From positions 187,991 through 251,990 of the forward strand of contig NC_089312.1 of assembly GCF_036669915.1 (NCBI RefSeq): 64,000 bases of DNA, read 5' to 3'. A program made the position numbers and the translations under genes. The DNA is from Pocillopora verrucosa (lineage: Eukaryota). Shown here piece after piece: positions 24,581-35,174 of the stretch (the first letter of the stretch is position 1; each line of letters begins with the position of its first letter). The notes under the pieces were generated by a model, which saw only the letters and a list, made by a program, of their open reading frames with translations, did no database searches and was not told where the DNA came from.

Positions 24581-25798
24581 ATGAGAAATCACTGGTTCTA
24601 TTTCAGATGCTGTATCTTTATTTCAATGTGTTTGCTGATTTTATACATCCTGTTTAACAGTAATGTGTGGGAGGCAACCGTGGATTTGATTTCTGAAGAA
24701 AGTGGCAAAAGCCTGAAGAAACTTCGTCCGCATTATCACTTTGAAACAAAATCGCTGCCTGATCACAAACGAAAATCACCTCAAGAACTTAGGTTTCACT
24801 CCAAACCAATACGGAGCGAGGAAAACAGTGAATTAAATCGAGAACTCGGAATTTGTCCCAGGAGGAAAAATGTTGTTATTTTAAGTCAAGGGAGGGGGGG
24901 GTCTTCGTTCCTTGGAGGAATTTTCAACTGTCATCCTCAAGTCATGTACTGGTTCGAACCTCTATTTCATGTCGGCAATGTTTTGAATGTGAACGTGTTT
25001 ATGGAAAAGGAGCCAATTTCATACAAAGATACTTGTTTTCATTTAGTCGACAGTATTTTGAGTTGTGACTTTAGTAATATCACCAATGCAGTTTTATCAG
25101 ACATTTCTACCAGTTCTTTCCGTCGTCACAGCCAAGCCCTCACTAGTGATAAATTATGCCCCGGTAAAAAAACCTCTGGAAAGTGTGCACCATTGACAAA
25201 CTCTTTGCTTGGTCAGGTTTGTAATTCTTATAAGTATTCTGTTATCAAGATTTTGAGTGGACGATTACCAAACAACTCGCTAAAGAGCTTTCAGGAACAT
25301 TTCGTCCAACAGAAAAAATACGATGTGAAATTCATCAGCTTGGTTCGCGATCCTAGAGCTGTGGTGTTTTCTTGGGTAAAGTTGAATTGGATACAGGGCC
25401 ACTCAAATGCGGAATTTCGTTCAAATGTCCACAGGATTTGTGATTCAGTAAAAAAAAATGTGCTGATTGGCTTGTTGTCTCCCACGCCCTGGCTTAGAAA
25501 CCGCTTCAAAGTAATACGCTTCGAAGATCTTGCAATCGATACCTCAAATGTTGCACGAGAAATATACAAATTCGTGGGACTTGATTGGTCAGTGAGCGTG
25601 GATAAATGGATAAATGATCACAGGAGAAGGAAGAGTGAAAAGAACCCGTATTCACTGTTCAAGAATGCTTCAACTGCTATTAGCAAATGGAAGAGAGAAG
25701 CTCCTGAAGAGCTCATCAAAGGTGTTGAGGACGTTTGTGGTGGCTTAATGAATATTATGGGTTACAAAAAATGGTGTAAAGCTGATCGTGACAGATAA
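24581..25798 (+). CDS. Carbohydrate 6-O-sulfotransferase paralog C (divergent, opposite strand), 405 aa.
   Basis: ATG at 24581, N-terminal signal anchor CCIFISMCLLILYILF, motifs ILSQGRGGSSFLGG and LVRDPRAV. About 45% identical to A and B at the protein level by eye. Confidence 0.85.
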   Translation: MRNHWFYFRCCIFISMCLLILYILFNSNVWEATVDLISEESGKSLKKLRPHYHFETKSLPDHKRKSPQELRFHSKPIRSEENSELNRELGICPRRKNVVILSQGRGGSSFLGGIFNCHPQVMYWFEPLFHVGNVLNVNVFMEKEPISYKDTCFHLVDSILSCDFSNITNAVLSDISTSSFRRHSQALTSDKLCPGKKTSGKCAPLTNSLLGQVCNSYKYSVIKILSGRLPNNSLKSFQEHFVQQKKYDVKFISLVRDPRAVVFSWVKLNWIQGHSNAEFRSNVHRICDSVKKNVLIGLLSPTPWLRNRFKVIRFEDLAIDTSNVAREIYKFVGLDWSVSVDKWINDHRRRKSEKNPYSLFKNASTAISKWKREAPEELIKGVEDVCGGLMNIMGYKKWCKADRDR

Positions 25799-26780
25799 AA
25801 TTATTACAAGTTATTTTCAACCAAACAATGTTGTCGTGTGACTTTTCAACGCAATTTTATTGGCGAGCAATATTTCCAAATCACTTTCCGTTCAGCTGGA
25901 TTGCAAAGTAAGAACTGAAAATAGATTATTTTTAATCTGTGACACAGATGTTACAGTTTGTTTTTTTCATATGTGGTTTTAAAGCAAGTTCCTGTCTATG
26001 ATCTCTATCACATGAGCGACATCTGCCGGCTTTGGTTAAAAAAAGAAAATTCTTAGAAATCATAACTAGAGCGCCGGTTTCAGTTGAACCTGAAACTCCC
26101 TGTAAGAATTGTAAGTCAAAACATCTGTAGCAGTATGAGTGTTGCAGAAAGTTAAATTATTGATGTAGAGTGACATTTATTGGGAGGGCGTGTGCTGGTG
26201 TGAGTTGATGTAACGCTTCCATATCTTTTATTGTGAACCGTCCATTTGTTTACAAAAATAATGTAAAAATGAAGAGACATATTGATATTAGTGATGTTGA
26301 TCGATAGTTAGTCGTTATCGACTAAATGCTTTAGTCAGAAAAGCAATGTCTGTTAGTCGTTATGGATTCTCTTGATATGGCGAGAGAATTTTTTATCACT
26401 CAAGTCGTGAATTGTGACATTTTTAAGGATGTGAAGAGAGTTGGAAAACGAATCACAACTCACAACCCCCCACCCCACCCCTGCATAGCGAAGAATAACT
26501 CAACAGTAACCTTGACTGATTCGTATTTTTCGTTTTAAAAATAACTCTAATGGTCTGGAGATGACGTGAACACGTCTTTAACGACTTTGATACGGAATTG
26601 TGGACAGATCAGACAACAACCGATGGTTTCTGGCAAAAGGAAGTAAAAGATATTTTCAAACGTGACTTTGTATTCCTAGAATTACATGTATTTCAAAGAT
26701 TCAAACATATCAAGTGTCTTGATAAACCTCAGTAAGGAGATTACTTAAGGCCTCGGTCATTCCGGGAAAATTCCCAGCGT

Positions 26781-26985
26781 TATTGTTTTTATAGTTAGTA
26801 AACTAATTCATTATTTGATCGATAATTAAATGAAGCATTATCCTGGACTTCGTTTTTTTTTTGCTAGTAGACTAAATCATTTGATCGACAATTAAATGAA
26901 GCATTATCTTGGACTTTATTGTTTTTATAGTTAGTAAACTATTCATTTGATCGACAATTAAATGAAGCATTACCTTGGACTCGTA
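26781..26985. repeat. Tandem repeat, 3 x about 66 bp, AT-rich.
   Basis: tattgtttttatagttagtaaactaattcatt(a)tttgatcga(t/c)aattaaatgaagcattatc(c/t)tggact repeated three times. Confidence 0.8.
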
Positions 26986-27335
26986 TTGAAACCGAAAGGA
27001 ACTTGAAATGTAATATCCATTACTGCTTTAGTTAGAAACGCAATGTCTGATCTCGACTTATATTTAATTCAAATACGTCCGCGAGATGTCCGGAAACCGA
27101 AGGAATTTCAACTGAGTCGTCATTACTTTTTTAAAAGGAACAGTGAAGCACTCGTCGAAAATGAAATTTCCGTTACAGAACTCGAGTTGTCTTTTCATTA
27201 GTTATTTCGGGGAAAGATATAATGAAATGTGAAGTACTCACGTGATTTCAACGGGTTTTTTCCCTTTCTTATCAAATTGTTTTATATATAGTTGAGGCAC
27301 GTTAAGCTTTTGCAAACTGAATCTTACAACGCAAC

Positions 27336-27497
27336 ATGAACTACATTAAGGAAGAATTGACCTTTGAATGTTCGGAAGTTCTTTCAACTTCCATGGATGA
27401 GGAGAAGAAACTCGTTTTATCTGAAGACGAAATTAAGAAATTGCGACTTGCGATGGAAAAACTGGATGAATTTCAGCAGAAATGCCAAGAGGCTCTG
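27336..27497 (+). CDS. Uncharacterised coiled-coil protein, exon 1.
   Basis: ATG at 27336; MNYIKEELTFECSEVLSTSMDEEKKLVLSEDEIKKLRLAMEKLDEFQQKCQEAL; donor GTAAGA. Confidence 0.6.
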
Positions 27498-27956
27498 GTA
27501 AGAGATAACATTGAATTGTCGTGAAATTCAGCTTATTACATTTGCATTAGACTGTGAGTACGGTTCATGTTTTGAATTATAATATTTAAAGTTGTATTTT
27601 GTCATAGCAGTAGGGCAGAATGAGTTTGTGGTTTTTTCGATGGGATTAGTTTTTGTATGCCTTGAGAAAATTTCACATGCAATTTGATAAACATGATCCT
27701 TTCAAAATTGGCTCTTACGAACGGCTGACGTTGGAAGCATTCTATATTAGCTTTAGAAACCCTTTACGAATGCCAAGATACATTGATAAAACTGACCAAA
27801 TTATCTTCTCTAAAAATAGTCAACTTTCAGTTGGTTTATTTTTAAGAAACTGACACATGTGATGTTCAGTTCACTGTGGAGTTCACCTTTTATCGGACAG
27901 TTAATGTTTTAATTACAATCAATAATAAATTGGTTCAACATTTTGTTTTCTTTCAG

Positions 27957-28043
27957 GAGCAAACACTAGAGCAACATAGACTTGACTCTGGTAAGGTTGA
28001 AATGATTCAATTGGATGAACTTGCCCAAGTCTTATTCGAAAGG
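27957..28043 (+). CDS. Coiled-coil protein exon 2.
   Basis: Acceptor tttcag; EQTLEQHRLDSGKVEMIQLDELAQVLFER; donor GTAGGT; in phase with exon 1. Confidence 0.6.
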
Positions 28044-28451
28044 GTAGGTGCAGGTATCATTTGATTAAAGTTTTTTACGTCGTGTTTTTCGCCATACATG
28101 ACGCTCCAACCGTCAAACGTGACGGAACTGATTTCGGACGGGAGATTCCCTTACGTGACCTAACTAGCATGCGTCATTCATTTCCCTATATCGGTTTCGG
28201 TTTCGCTTGTTGAAGGGAAAGTTTGAAAGATGTATAAACGAAAGACTTGGTAGAAAAAACTTAAAACTTGTTGTAAGGAATATAATTAACAGTTTTACTC
28301 CTATAGAGATGGCCCGTCAGATTAAGTATCCAAAACAAAAGAGAGCGGCTGTCGATTTTCACCCACGCCTGTTAAACTTGAACCCCTCTATAAACAAATC
28401 ATCTGCGCTTGTAATTAATGAGTCATTTCAAACTATTTATCTTTTCTACAG

Positions 28452-28625
28452 GCACAATTAGACAAGACTGATGTGCAAAAAATGGAGGAAGACCTTAACT
28501 TGTTCCAGATGTTTAAGGCAGCCATTAAACTGGTGACTGGTAGTGTGCTGGATGAAAATGTGCAGCAACTGAGCGATGACTTGGAACATTGGCTTAATGC
28601 CATCACACCAGTCATGATTAGAGTG
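28452..28625 (+). CDS. Coiled-coil protein exon 3.
   Basis: Acceptor ctacag; AQLDKTDVQKMEEDLNLFQMFKAAIKLVTGSVLDENVQQLSDDLEHWLNAITPVMIRV; donor GTAAGA. Confidence 0.65.
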
Positions 28626-28973
28626 GTAAGAAAATTTCCTTTATTATTTTTCCAGCAAATGTTGTGCCCTTATTTGCTTCATTCTGTTTTGATAGATTAC
28701 TAATCAGTGTGATGTAATATTATCAACTGAGTTGCTAACATAAATTGGCCACCATAAAGAGTTTCGAGCGTCAGCCCTTCGTCATTCGCTCTACGATGGC
28801 CAATTTAAATTATCAACTCAGCTGATAATACTCAATTACCCTGTTATACTCTCCCACCGACGCTTCTTTAGAAACTTACCCCCTTAAGCAATCAGTGTGA
28901 TTTACTCCTCTTCTCATTTGATTAATCTTGTCTTACCTATATCCATACTTTTTCCAATTTTTTTTTCTAAAAG

Positions 28974-29063
28974 CTTCGGAGTAATGGCATTTCACCTCCA
29001 AAACCGCCACCGTCTGAAGACTTACAGGAGAGACTGAATGAACAAATCAAAGATTCTTTGAGG
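28974..29063 (+). CDS. Coiled-coil protein exon 4.
   Basis: Acceptor tctaaaag; LRSNGISPPKPPPSEDLQERLNEQIKDSLR; donor GTAAGT. Confidence 0.6.
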
Positions 29064-29370
29064 GTAAGTTTTTGCTCTGTGATAGAAATATAATATATTT
29101 CCTTGCAATGCTAGGGTGAACACAATACTACTCCAGCGTAAGGCAGCATAAATATTCTTTGATAAGTTTAAATTTAAGAAGTTCGGTGTTTAGGAAGTTA
29201 TTAAGTTATGAATGCGTTCAGCCAAAGTTCCAGTCACCTAACATATATTTTATTATATTAAGATGTTCTAATCTCTTTATTCTACACACACCTAAGGGAG
29301 CTCACCAAACATTCAATGTGCAACGCATTTAAAACCACTTAACCTGAAAGTTTCCTGTCGCTCATTGTAG

Positions 29371-29556
29371 GAATTTGTCTGTGCAAACGACGAAGAAAAC
29401 GTGGAACACCCTCTGACAAACGCAGAAGAAACAGATAGTTGTAAAATCAACCCAAGAACTGTTCGTGACGTCAGAAATTACATCACTGTAAGGGATCTGG
29501 GTGATCTGTTGTTCCTTTTTAAAGGAGATTTTGGTCATGTGACCAGACACAGTTGA
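29371..29556 (+). CDS. Coiled-coil protein exon 5, probably terminal (total about 232 aa).
   Basis: Acceptor cattgtag; EFVCANDEENVEHPLTNAEETDSCKINPRTVRDVRNYITVRDLGDLLFLFKGDFGHVTRHS, then TGA. An internal GTAAGG at 29488 could be an alternative donor. AATAAA lies at about 29746. Confidence 0.55.
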   Translation, partial: EFVCANDEENVEHPLTNAEETDSCKINPRTVRDVRNYITVRDLGDLLFLFKGDFGHVTRHS

Positions 29557-30375
29557 TAGCCTGTCAGGAGAGACAAAAAAAGAGACTTAATGTTGAATTA
29601 TGATTTATGTACAGAGAGAGCGCGTAGATCTCAATATATTGTTATTGTTATTTTAAGAGACATTGTAATATATAATTAAGTCCTGCATTTTTGAATTTGT
29701 ATCACTAATATGATGTTACATAAAATTTGAATCATTGGATAAGCAATAAAAAAAATTATTTTAATTTACACTCATGTCCTGTAAGTGTTACCAGGAACTT
29801 GTCTCTGTTTTCTCGGCCATTTAGTTGCAATAATTTTTATGAACTTGTAGTAAACTTCTCAAGCTGATCTACTTTACTACACGCGAATGACTGTTGTCAG
29901 TCTTTTGGCCCGACCATATTTATCGCAAGGGCAATGTAACTGAAGCAAGCTGACAGTGCCCATTCTTTTATGTAGAGTGGAAGCTAAGATGTCAACGGTC
30001 ATACGACTGTAAGAAGTGCGAATGGAATTTCTTTGAGGCTTTCCATAAGAAATTGAAACAGTGTAAGCTTCAAGAGCCTTGTCTAGGTACGTGATTAGTT
30101 TGTCACCCTTGAAGAACTCTGGCCTTCATGGTCACGCAATCATAACCTTCGTCAAAACCAAGGAATGTGCGGTGTTATCCGAACTATTTTATAATCACTA
30201 AAAATACGTCAATCAAAACATTACCAAAACATCGAGGTATTGAAGTTTAAAATAGAAACTATTTCTATATACGATACAGACAGATACCAAATTTTTAAAA
30301 ACGAAAAGTTTGTTAAAGAAAAATGAATTTTATTTATCTCAAAAAGACCGCTTGTTGTCAAATGAAAATGGGACT

Positions 30376-30567
30376 GATGAAATTAGAAGATCCTCGCAGC
30401 TAAGAACACTACTGAAACTAGTAGTTGTAAGTAGGACCTGAAAAAAATTTCAGGCCCGTACGGGATGTGAACCCATGACCTCTGCGATACCGGTGCAGGT
30501 ATCAGGTCCTACTTACAACTACTAGTTTCAGTAGTGTTCTAAGCTGCGAGGATCTTCTAATTTCATC
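30376..30567. repeat. Near-perfect long hairpin: inverted-repeat arms of about 65 bp around a spacer of about 60 bp.
   Basis: The left arm (30376..30441; core gatcctcgcagctaagaacactactgaaactagtagttgtaagtaggacctga) is the reverse complement of 30502..30567 with 1 mismatch in the 53 bp core. The spacer carries a tRNA T-arm-like GGGTTCACATCCC on the minus strand. Confidence 0.8.
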
Positions 30568-30780
30568 TTTCCACCGCAGTGCAAATATGTGAATTTTCAT
30601 ATATCTAAGAAAATGGGACTGTTACTTGTTGAGATCTGAAGTCGGTGTCAGTAAAAAAGACCCTCAAGCTTCGTGGTCGTCTTCATTCAAACTGATTGGA
30701 CACTTGTCACTCGTCATACCGACCTGCCTATTACAAGTTCCAGACAAATTTAATCTTGACCTTAGATACTCTACCAATGT

Positions 30781-30825
30781 AATGATAATAATAATAATAA
30801 TAGTAATAATAATAATAATAAAAAC
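30781..30825. repeat. (ATA)n microsatellite, left flank of a GC-rich insert.
   Basis: ataataataataatagtaataataataataataaaaacaacaa; resembles 31218..31262. Confidence 0.85.
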
Positions 30826-30839
30826 AACAAGTGAGTGAA

Positions 30840-31200
30840 GAGTAAAGGTGTAAAAGTCCCTCGTTCAACTTCCAAAACCCTGTTCGCGTATAGCCTCTTC
30901 TTCTCATCTTCATGTTTGCGATAAATCTGCTGAATGGTGAGATCTTTGTAAGACTCTGCGTTTGGGTGAAAAACCCTTACGTCGAAAAAGGCAGAGCATT
31001 GCCCATCCCAAAACCCACGAGCGCGAACATCCAATCAGGCATCCGGTGCTGGGTTCGTACCCCTCGTCAGCACTTCTCCCGTTATCTCCTGGAGAACGGG
31101 TTCCACTTGCGCATCGTGGCAAACAGTGTTTAGCAAATCGGCCTCAAGATCACACAGCTTGTTATGCCTCTGGATGATGAATCCTCCTCGTCTGCACACC
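30840..31200 (-). mobile_element. Degenerate fragment of a transposon-derived ORF, frameshifted, family undetermined.
   Basis: A GC-rich block (about 55% GC) in AT-rich surroundings. Overlapping minus-strand ORFs in three frames join into one protein-like read: ...[116 protein letters not shown]. It is flanked by similar (ATA)n arrays. Confidence 0.4.
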
Positions 31201-31217
31201 ATGGCATGATCCACCGT

Positions 31218-31262
31218 ATAATAATAATAATTGTAATAATAATTATAATAATAACAGTAATA
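31218..31262. repeat. (ATA)n microsatellite, right flank.
   Basis: ataataataataattgtaataataattataataataacagtaataacaac. Confidence 0.85.
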
Positions 31263-31590
31263 ACAACTTTATTTAAAGAGGGTAACACACAACAGTAATT
31301 CAAGTGATGAATTAGTGGCCCTGGATTTTCCCATAAGACTGAGAACATTTGTGACTCATTCGTTTCCATGTGTTTGAAAACGTGTCACTGTAGAGGAAAT
31401 AGCTTCCTTACAATCTGTGAAGCTGTTGTGAAAAGGGGAACCGAGCAGGCGAGTAATTGTCTAGAGTGGTGACGTCACTTCCAAACCTCTCTCAAACGGC
31501 GAGGTTACACAATAGTTCCTTCGTGAACGAGAAAAATCGGAGAAATTAGCAATAGACTGAGTTTGCCTGTCACTAGAGGAGGATTCCAGG

Positions 31591-31691
31591 ATGAAATTAT
31601 ACGCATTAAGTGTTGTTCGTAAAGATATTAAGTCAAAAACATTAGTTTCAGCATACGATCTTCAATCCTTTGGATATTTTCAGCGTTCAAG
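31591..31691 (+). CDS. YKT6: YKT6 exon 1.
   Basis: MKLYALSVVRKDIKSKTLVSAYDLQSFGYFQRS, matching human MKLYSLSVLYKGEAKVVLLKAAYDVSSFSFFQRSS. Donor GTAGGT. Confidence 0.85.
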
Positions 31692-32511
31692 GTAGGTTTT
31701 ATTTTCATAAGTTATCCTCTGAAGGCTGTATTCGAAAGAATTTCCAATTTCATATGTGTGCATCAGAAGTTACACCAATAAAACCTAGACTTTTCTCCTT
31801 GCGTCTTTCTGTTTAATCATTATTCTTTCGTAGTTAATTGTTTTATTTTTTTCGTAATCTATCAAACTATTTTTAAATCAGACGAGCCTGACTCAGTACA
31901 AGTAGCTAATTTGCTTTGATCAGGCAAGGTAGAACCGTGAAAACATGCTTGTAGTGGTTTACATGAAATTTTATATGGATCAGTGACCAGGAAATCATTT
32001 TTGAAACGTGTGAACTGATCTCTTTTCAATTAACAAATCTGGGAAGTATAGAGTTCCTTGGTCTGACGATTTGTATTTTTTAGCATCATGATCAAAAAAT
32101 GAGCGATTTCTTGAGACTAATAACTGTAGTTAAACACATTGTAATCATTTTTAGGCAGAATGACTTAATTTTTTTTAAATAGTACACTGGTATTGTGACT
32201 GTCCTACTCTTGGTACATGGAGCCTCCTCTCCCCTCTTGGGAGAAAGGAACATTGACTGATTCTTGAATCAATACTAAACTTTCTGTTACCCTTAAAGTT
32301 AATATGTCACAGTTCAAATTTGCCTACACCTCCTTTACCAAATATACCTAAGATGGACTAGTATATCTTACAATTTTTTAGATTTAAAGTATTATGCTGG
32401 ATAATTATACTCAGTTTTTTTCAAGAGTCCCTTGAGTGTCAGCTCAGTAAAGGTTGTGCTGGAAAATTAAGGTGAATTCAAAGTACACACACTATGCACT
32501 TGATTTTTCAG

Positions 32512-32594
32512 TGTGAAAGAATTTATGCAGTTTACTGGCCAAATACTTGTGGAAAGAACAAGAATTAACGAGAGAGCCTCGGTGAAAGAAAATG
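32512..32594 (+). CDS. YKT6: YKT6 exon 2.
   Basis: (S)VKEFMQFTGQILVERTRINERASVKEN, matching human SVQEFMTFTSQLIVERSSKGTRASVKEQ. Donor GTAGGT. Confidence 0.85.
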
Positions 32595-33237
32595 GTAGGT
32601 TAAGATTAATCAGAGAGGATAATCCTAGCCTTTGTTAAATCATAAGCATTTGGGGTTTGGGTGATGAAGAATTTGTTTAATAGGAGATGAACTTTATTTG
32701 TTTGTCTTGTGATGGAGTCACTTTGGATGTTGATCAATATCCAAAGTGACTCCATTGTGAGACAAATGAGTAAAGTTCATCTCCTATCTTACACCACAAT
32801 GAACAATAACCACATATTTTATAATATAATTTGTTTAATAATGATTATTTTGAGCACAGAACAGTAAATCTCCTGACCATGTGAACCACTAAGCTTTGTC
32901 TAATACATTTTATGTAGCATAGCTGTGTGGAGGAGGGCAGAAAAACACATAGATCACATCAGTTTCTGTCATGGGTCTTGACTCACACCTTTTTCATCTA
33001 GGCTAATAGCTCAGTATATCTTTGATACAAATTTCTTGAAAGGCTAGCAAATTTGTTGGCACAGTCCTAGGTTTGTAATGATTTTTATTAACAATTAAAT
33101 GAGCATTGTTTTCCCTCCGACATACATTTTGGATTCTTAATACAATGAAATTAATGATAAAAAAGAAGATTGTTTTCCCTCTGACTTAAATTTTGGATCC
33201 TTAATACAATGAAATTAATGATACATTCTTTTATTTA

Positions 33238-33238
33238 G

Positions 33239-33275
<37 letters not shown>

Positions 33276-33276
33276 T
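33238..33276. repeat. (TAA)12 microsatellite in YKT6 intron 2.
   Basis: ttaataataataataataataataataataatat. Confidence 0.9.
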
Positions 33277-33406
33277 AACCCTTATATATCCTGTATCAAA
33301 GGGACTCTAGACTAAAACATTTCAAACTTTTTACTGCCCCTACACAGGTTGTCCATCACAGGCCTTTTATGGATATTTTTTGTTTATGTACCTTTTGTTT
33401 TTGCAG

Positions 33407-33507
33407 AGTACATTTGTCACGTCTTTGTGAGATCAGATTCTCTTGGAGGAGTTATTATTTCTGACAATGAATATCCACAAAGAGTTGTTTTTACCTTGTT
33501 AAATAAA
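33407..33507 (+). CDS. YKT6: YKT6 exon 3 (longin domain core).
   Basis: (E)YICHVFVRSDSLGGVIISDNEYPQRVVFTLLNK, matching human DYLCHVYVRNDSLAGVVIADNEYPSRVAFTLLEK. Donor GTAAGC. Confidence 0.9.
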
Positions 33508-34138
33508 GTAAGCGTTCCATTTTCAGTAGGGAGAGATATGTTTGGAGTTATGTTTGTATTACATTGATAGAGTGTATATATGTGTAGCCAGCACAAAGCT
33601 TGGCTTAGTGATAACCTCTGAACATTTTCAGCACTCTTTCTCTCTATAGGTTAACTCTTTCAGACATTCTCTTTTTACTCAGCTTCCCTATTCTATGATT
33701 TAAAAAAATATATAAATGATTTTAAAAATGCACTCTGTTTGAAAGGAAGCACAATGGAGGAGGTTTTTTGCATTCCTGTTTTTTTCGTTATCAACTCTTA
33801 GTAATTTACCCTAGAAGTGTTAAGTTACTGGAAGTCCACTGGAAATTTGCTCTTTTATTAATACAGTGGAACCTTCATCCAGGGGACTCTCTAAGGACTT
33901 AAAAAATTGTTCCTCTTAAGATGTTAACATATAAATAAAAGTTGTTCTTTTTTAAATGTGCAGCCATAGTAGAAGTCCTTAGAGCTAATGACCTTCTGGT
34001 CACTTTCATCAGACTCCAGATTTGTTCTTAATTCTTAGTTTGTAGTCTGCAATGTAATGTGTTTAGTTACATGTACAACTGATAATAATGTTGTATGTTT
34101 TAACATTTTATTCCATTTTCTAATGCAAAATTTAAAAG

Positions 34139-34197
34139 GTTTTAGAAGACTTTTCTCAGAAAATATCCCCATCAGTTTGGAAAACAGCTGAACCAAA
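34139..34197 (+). CDS. YKT6: YKT6 exon 4.
   Basis: VLEDFSQKISPSVWKTAEP, matching human VLDEFSKQVDRIDWPVGSP. Donor GTAAGT. Confidence 0.8.
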
Positions 34198-34507
34198 GTA
34201 AGTTCTTGTTAAATATGTTTGATTTTCAGGCATTGTAGTGAGTGTATGCTGCATTGAATGAAACATTCAGTGCTGTATTTTAACAATAAATCTTCTTGTA
34301 ATGCTTATGGCTTTGATCAGTGATATGGTGTGGAAGGATGGTTCCATAATACTTCCTTGTGAAATTGAAGTCAGTTAATGTTTGTCATAGTTCAACATAA
34401 TTAATAATATTTAGTTTTTCTTACAAGGGGCTGAACACAATTAGACCCAAAGGAAAGTTTAATCCTGTATGATGTTTCTGATGTGTTTAACTCTTGTCAA
34501 TTTCTAG

Positions 34508-34553
34508 TACAATAGTCTGGCCAGAATGTGAGAAATATCTGCAAGATTATCAG
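34508..34553 (+). CDS. YKT6: YKT6 exon 5.
   Basis: (N)TIVWPECEKYLQDYQ, matching human ATIHYPALDGHLSRYQ. Donor GTACAC. Confidence 0.8.
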
Positions 34554-35108
34554 GTACACAGGTCTTGATTTTATAATGGTTACATGTAGATCATATTGTA
34601 AGGTGTGAGTCTTTTGTCAGTTTACTCTCTTTGCTGGAAATCATTCCCAATGTCAAGAAAGGAATCCTTTCCTTCAGAAGAAGTTTCTACACTATGGCTT
34701 TGGGGATTGAAAACAAGAAAAAAAACAAAACAAAAAAAAAACTCGGGAACTAAATAATCTAAATTCTTGAAGAGTTTTGGCTTTCTTCACAAGTTCATCT
34801 TAAGTATGATATTTATTAATTGTTGATTGCAAACAAACCAAAGAAAAAGGAAAGTATATAAACTTGTTTGTAGATATGTTGATTCACTTGATTTATGCAT
34901 TAAAAACTTTTTAATTTCCAGAAGTAATTAATCTGTAACTTTTCATTCTGATTCCAATATTTTATCCTGCTAACAAGTAATGAGAACAGACATGGTAATC
35001 AGCTAGCAGGGGTTATCTTGATGTAACACCAAATTCTCTAGCCTGATTTGCTTACTTGAAATATGATGGAGTGGTATTAGACATAATCTTTTTTAATTAT
35101 TGCTACAG

Positions 35109-35174
35109 AATCCAAGAGAAGCTGATGCTATGACTAAAGTACAGGCAGAACTGGATGAAACAAAGATAGTTTTA
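35109..35174 (+). CDS. YKT6: YKT6 exon 6 (start of the SNARE motif).
   Basis: NPREADAMTKVQAELDETKIVL, matching human NPREADPMTKVQAELDETKIIL. Donor GTAAGT. Confidence 0.9.

Noticed and set aside
30442-30501. A tRNA gene in the loop of the 30.4 kb hairpin.
   Set aside because: Only a T-arm-like GGGTTCACATCCC plus a 7 nt acceptor-like tail is present. There is no clean anticodon arm, D-arm or CCA-compatible end, so this is at most a tRNA-derived SINE remnant.
30626-30913. ORFs 30626..30838 (+), 30731..30913 (-), 31130..31369 (-) and 52611..52826 (-) with poly-Ile or poly-Tyr stretches.
   Set aside because: They are read through (ATA/ATT)n microsatellites, so they are low-complexity artefacts.
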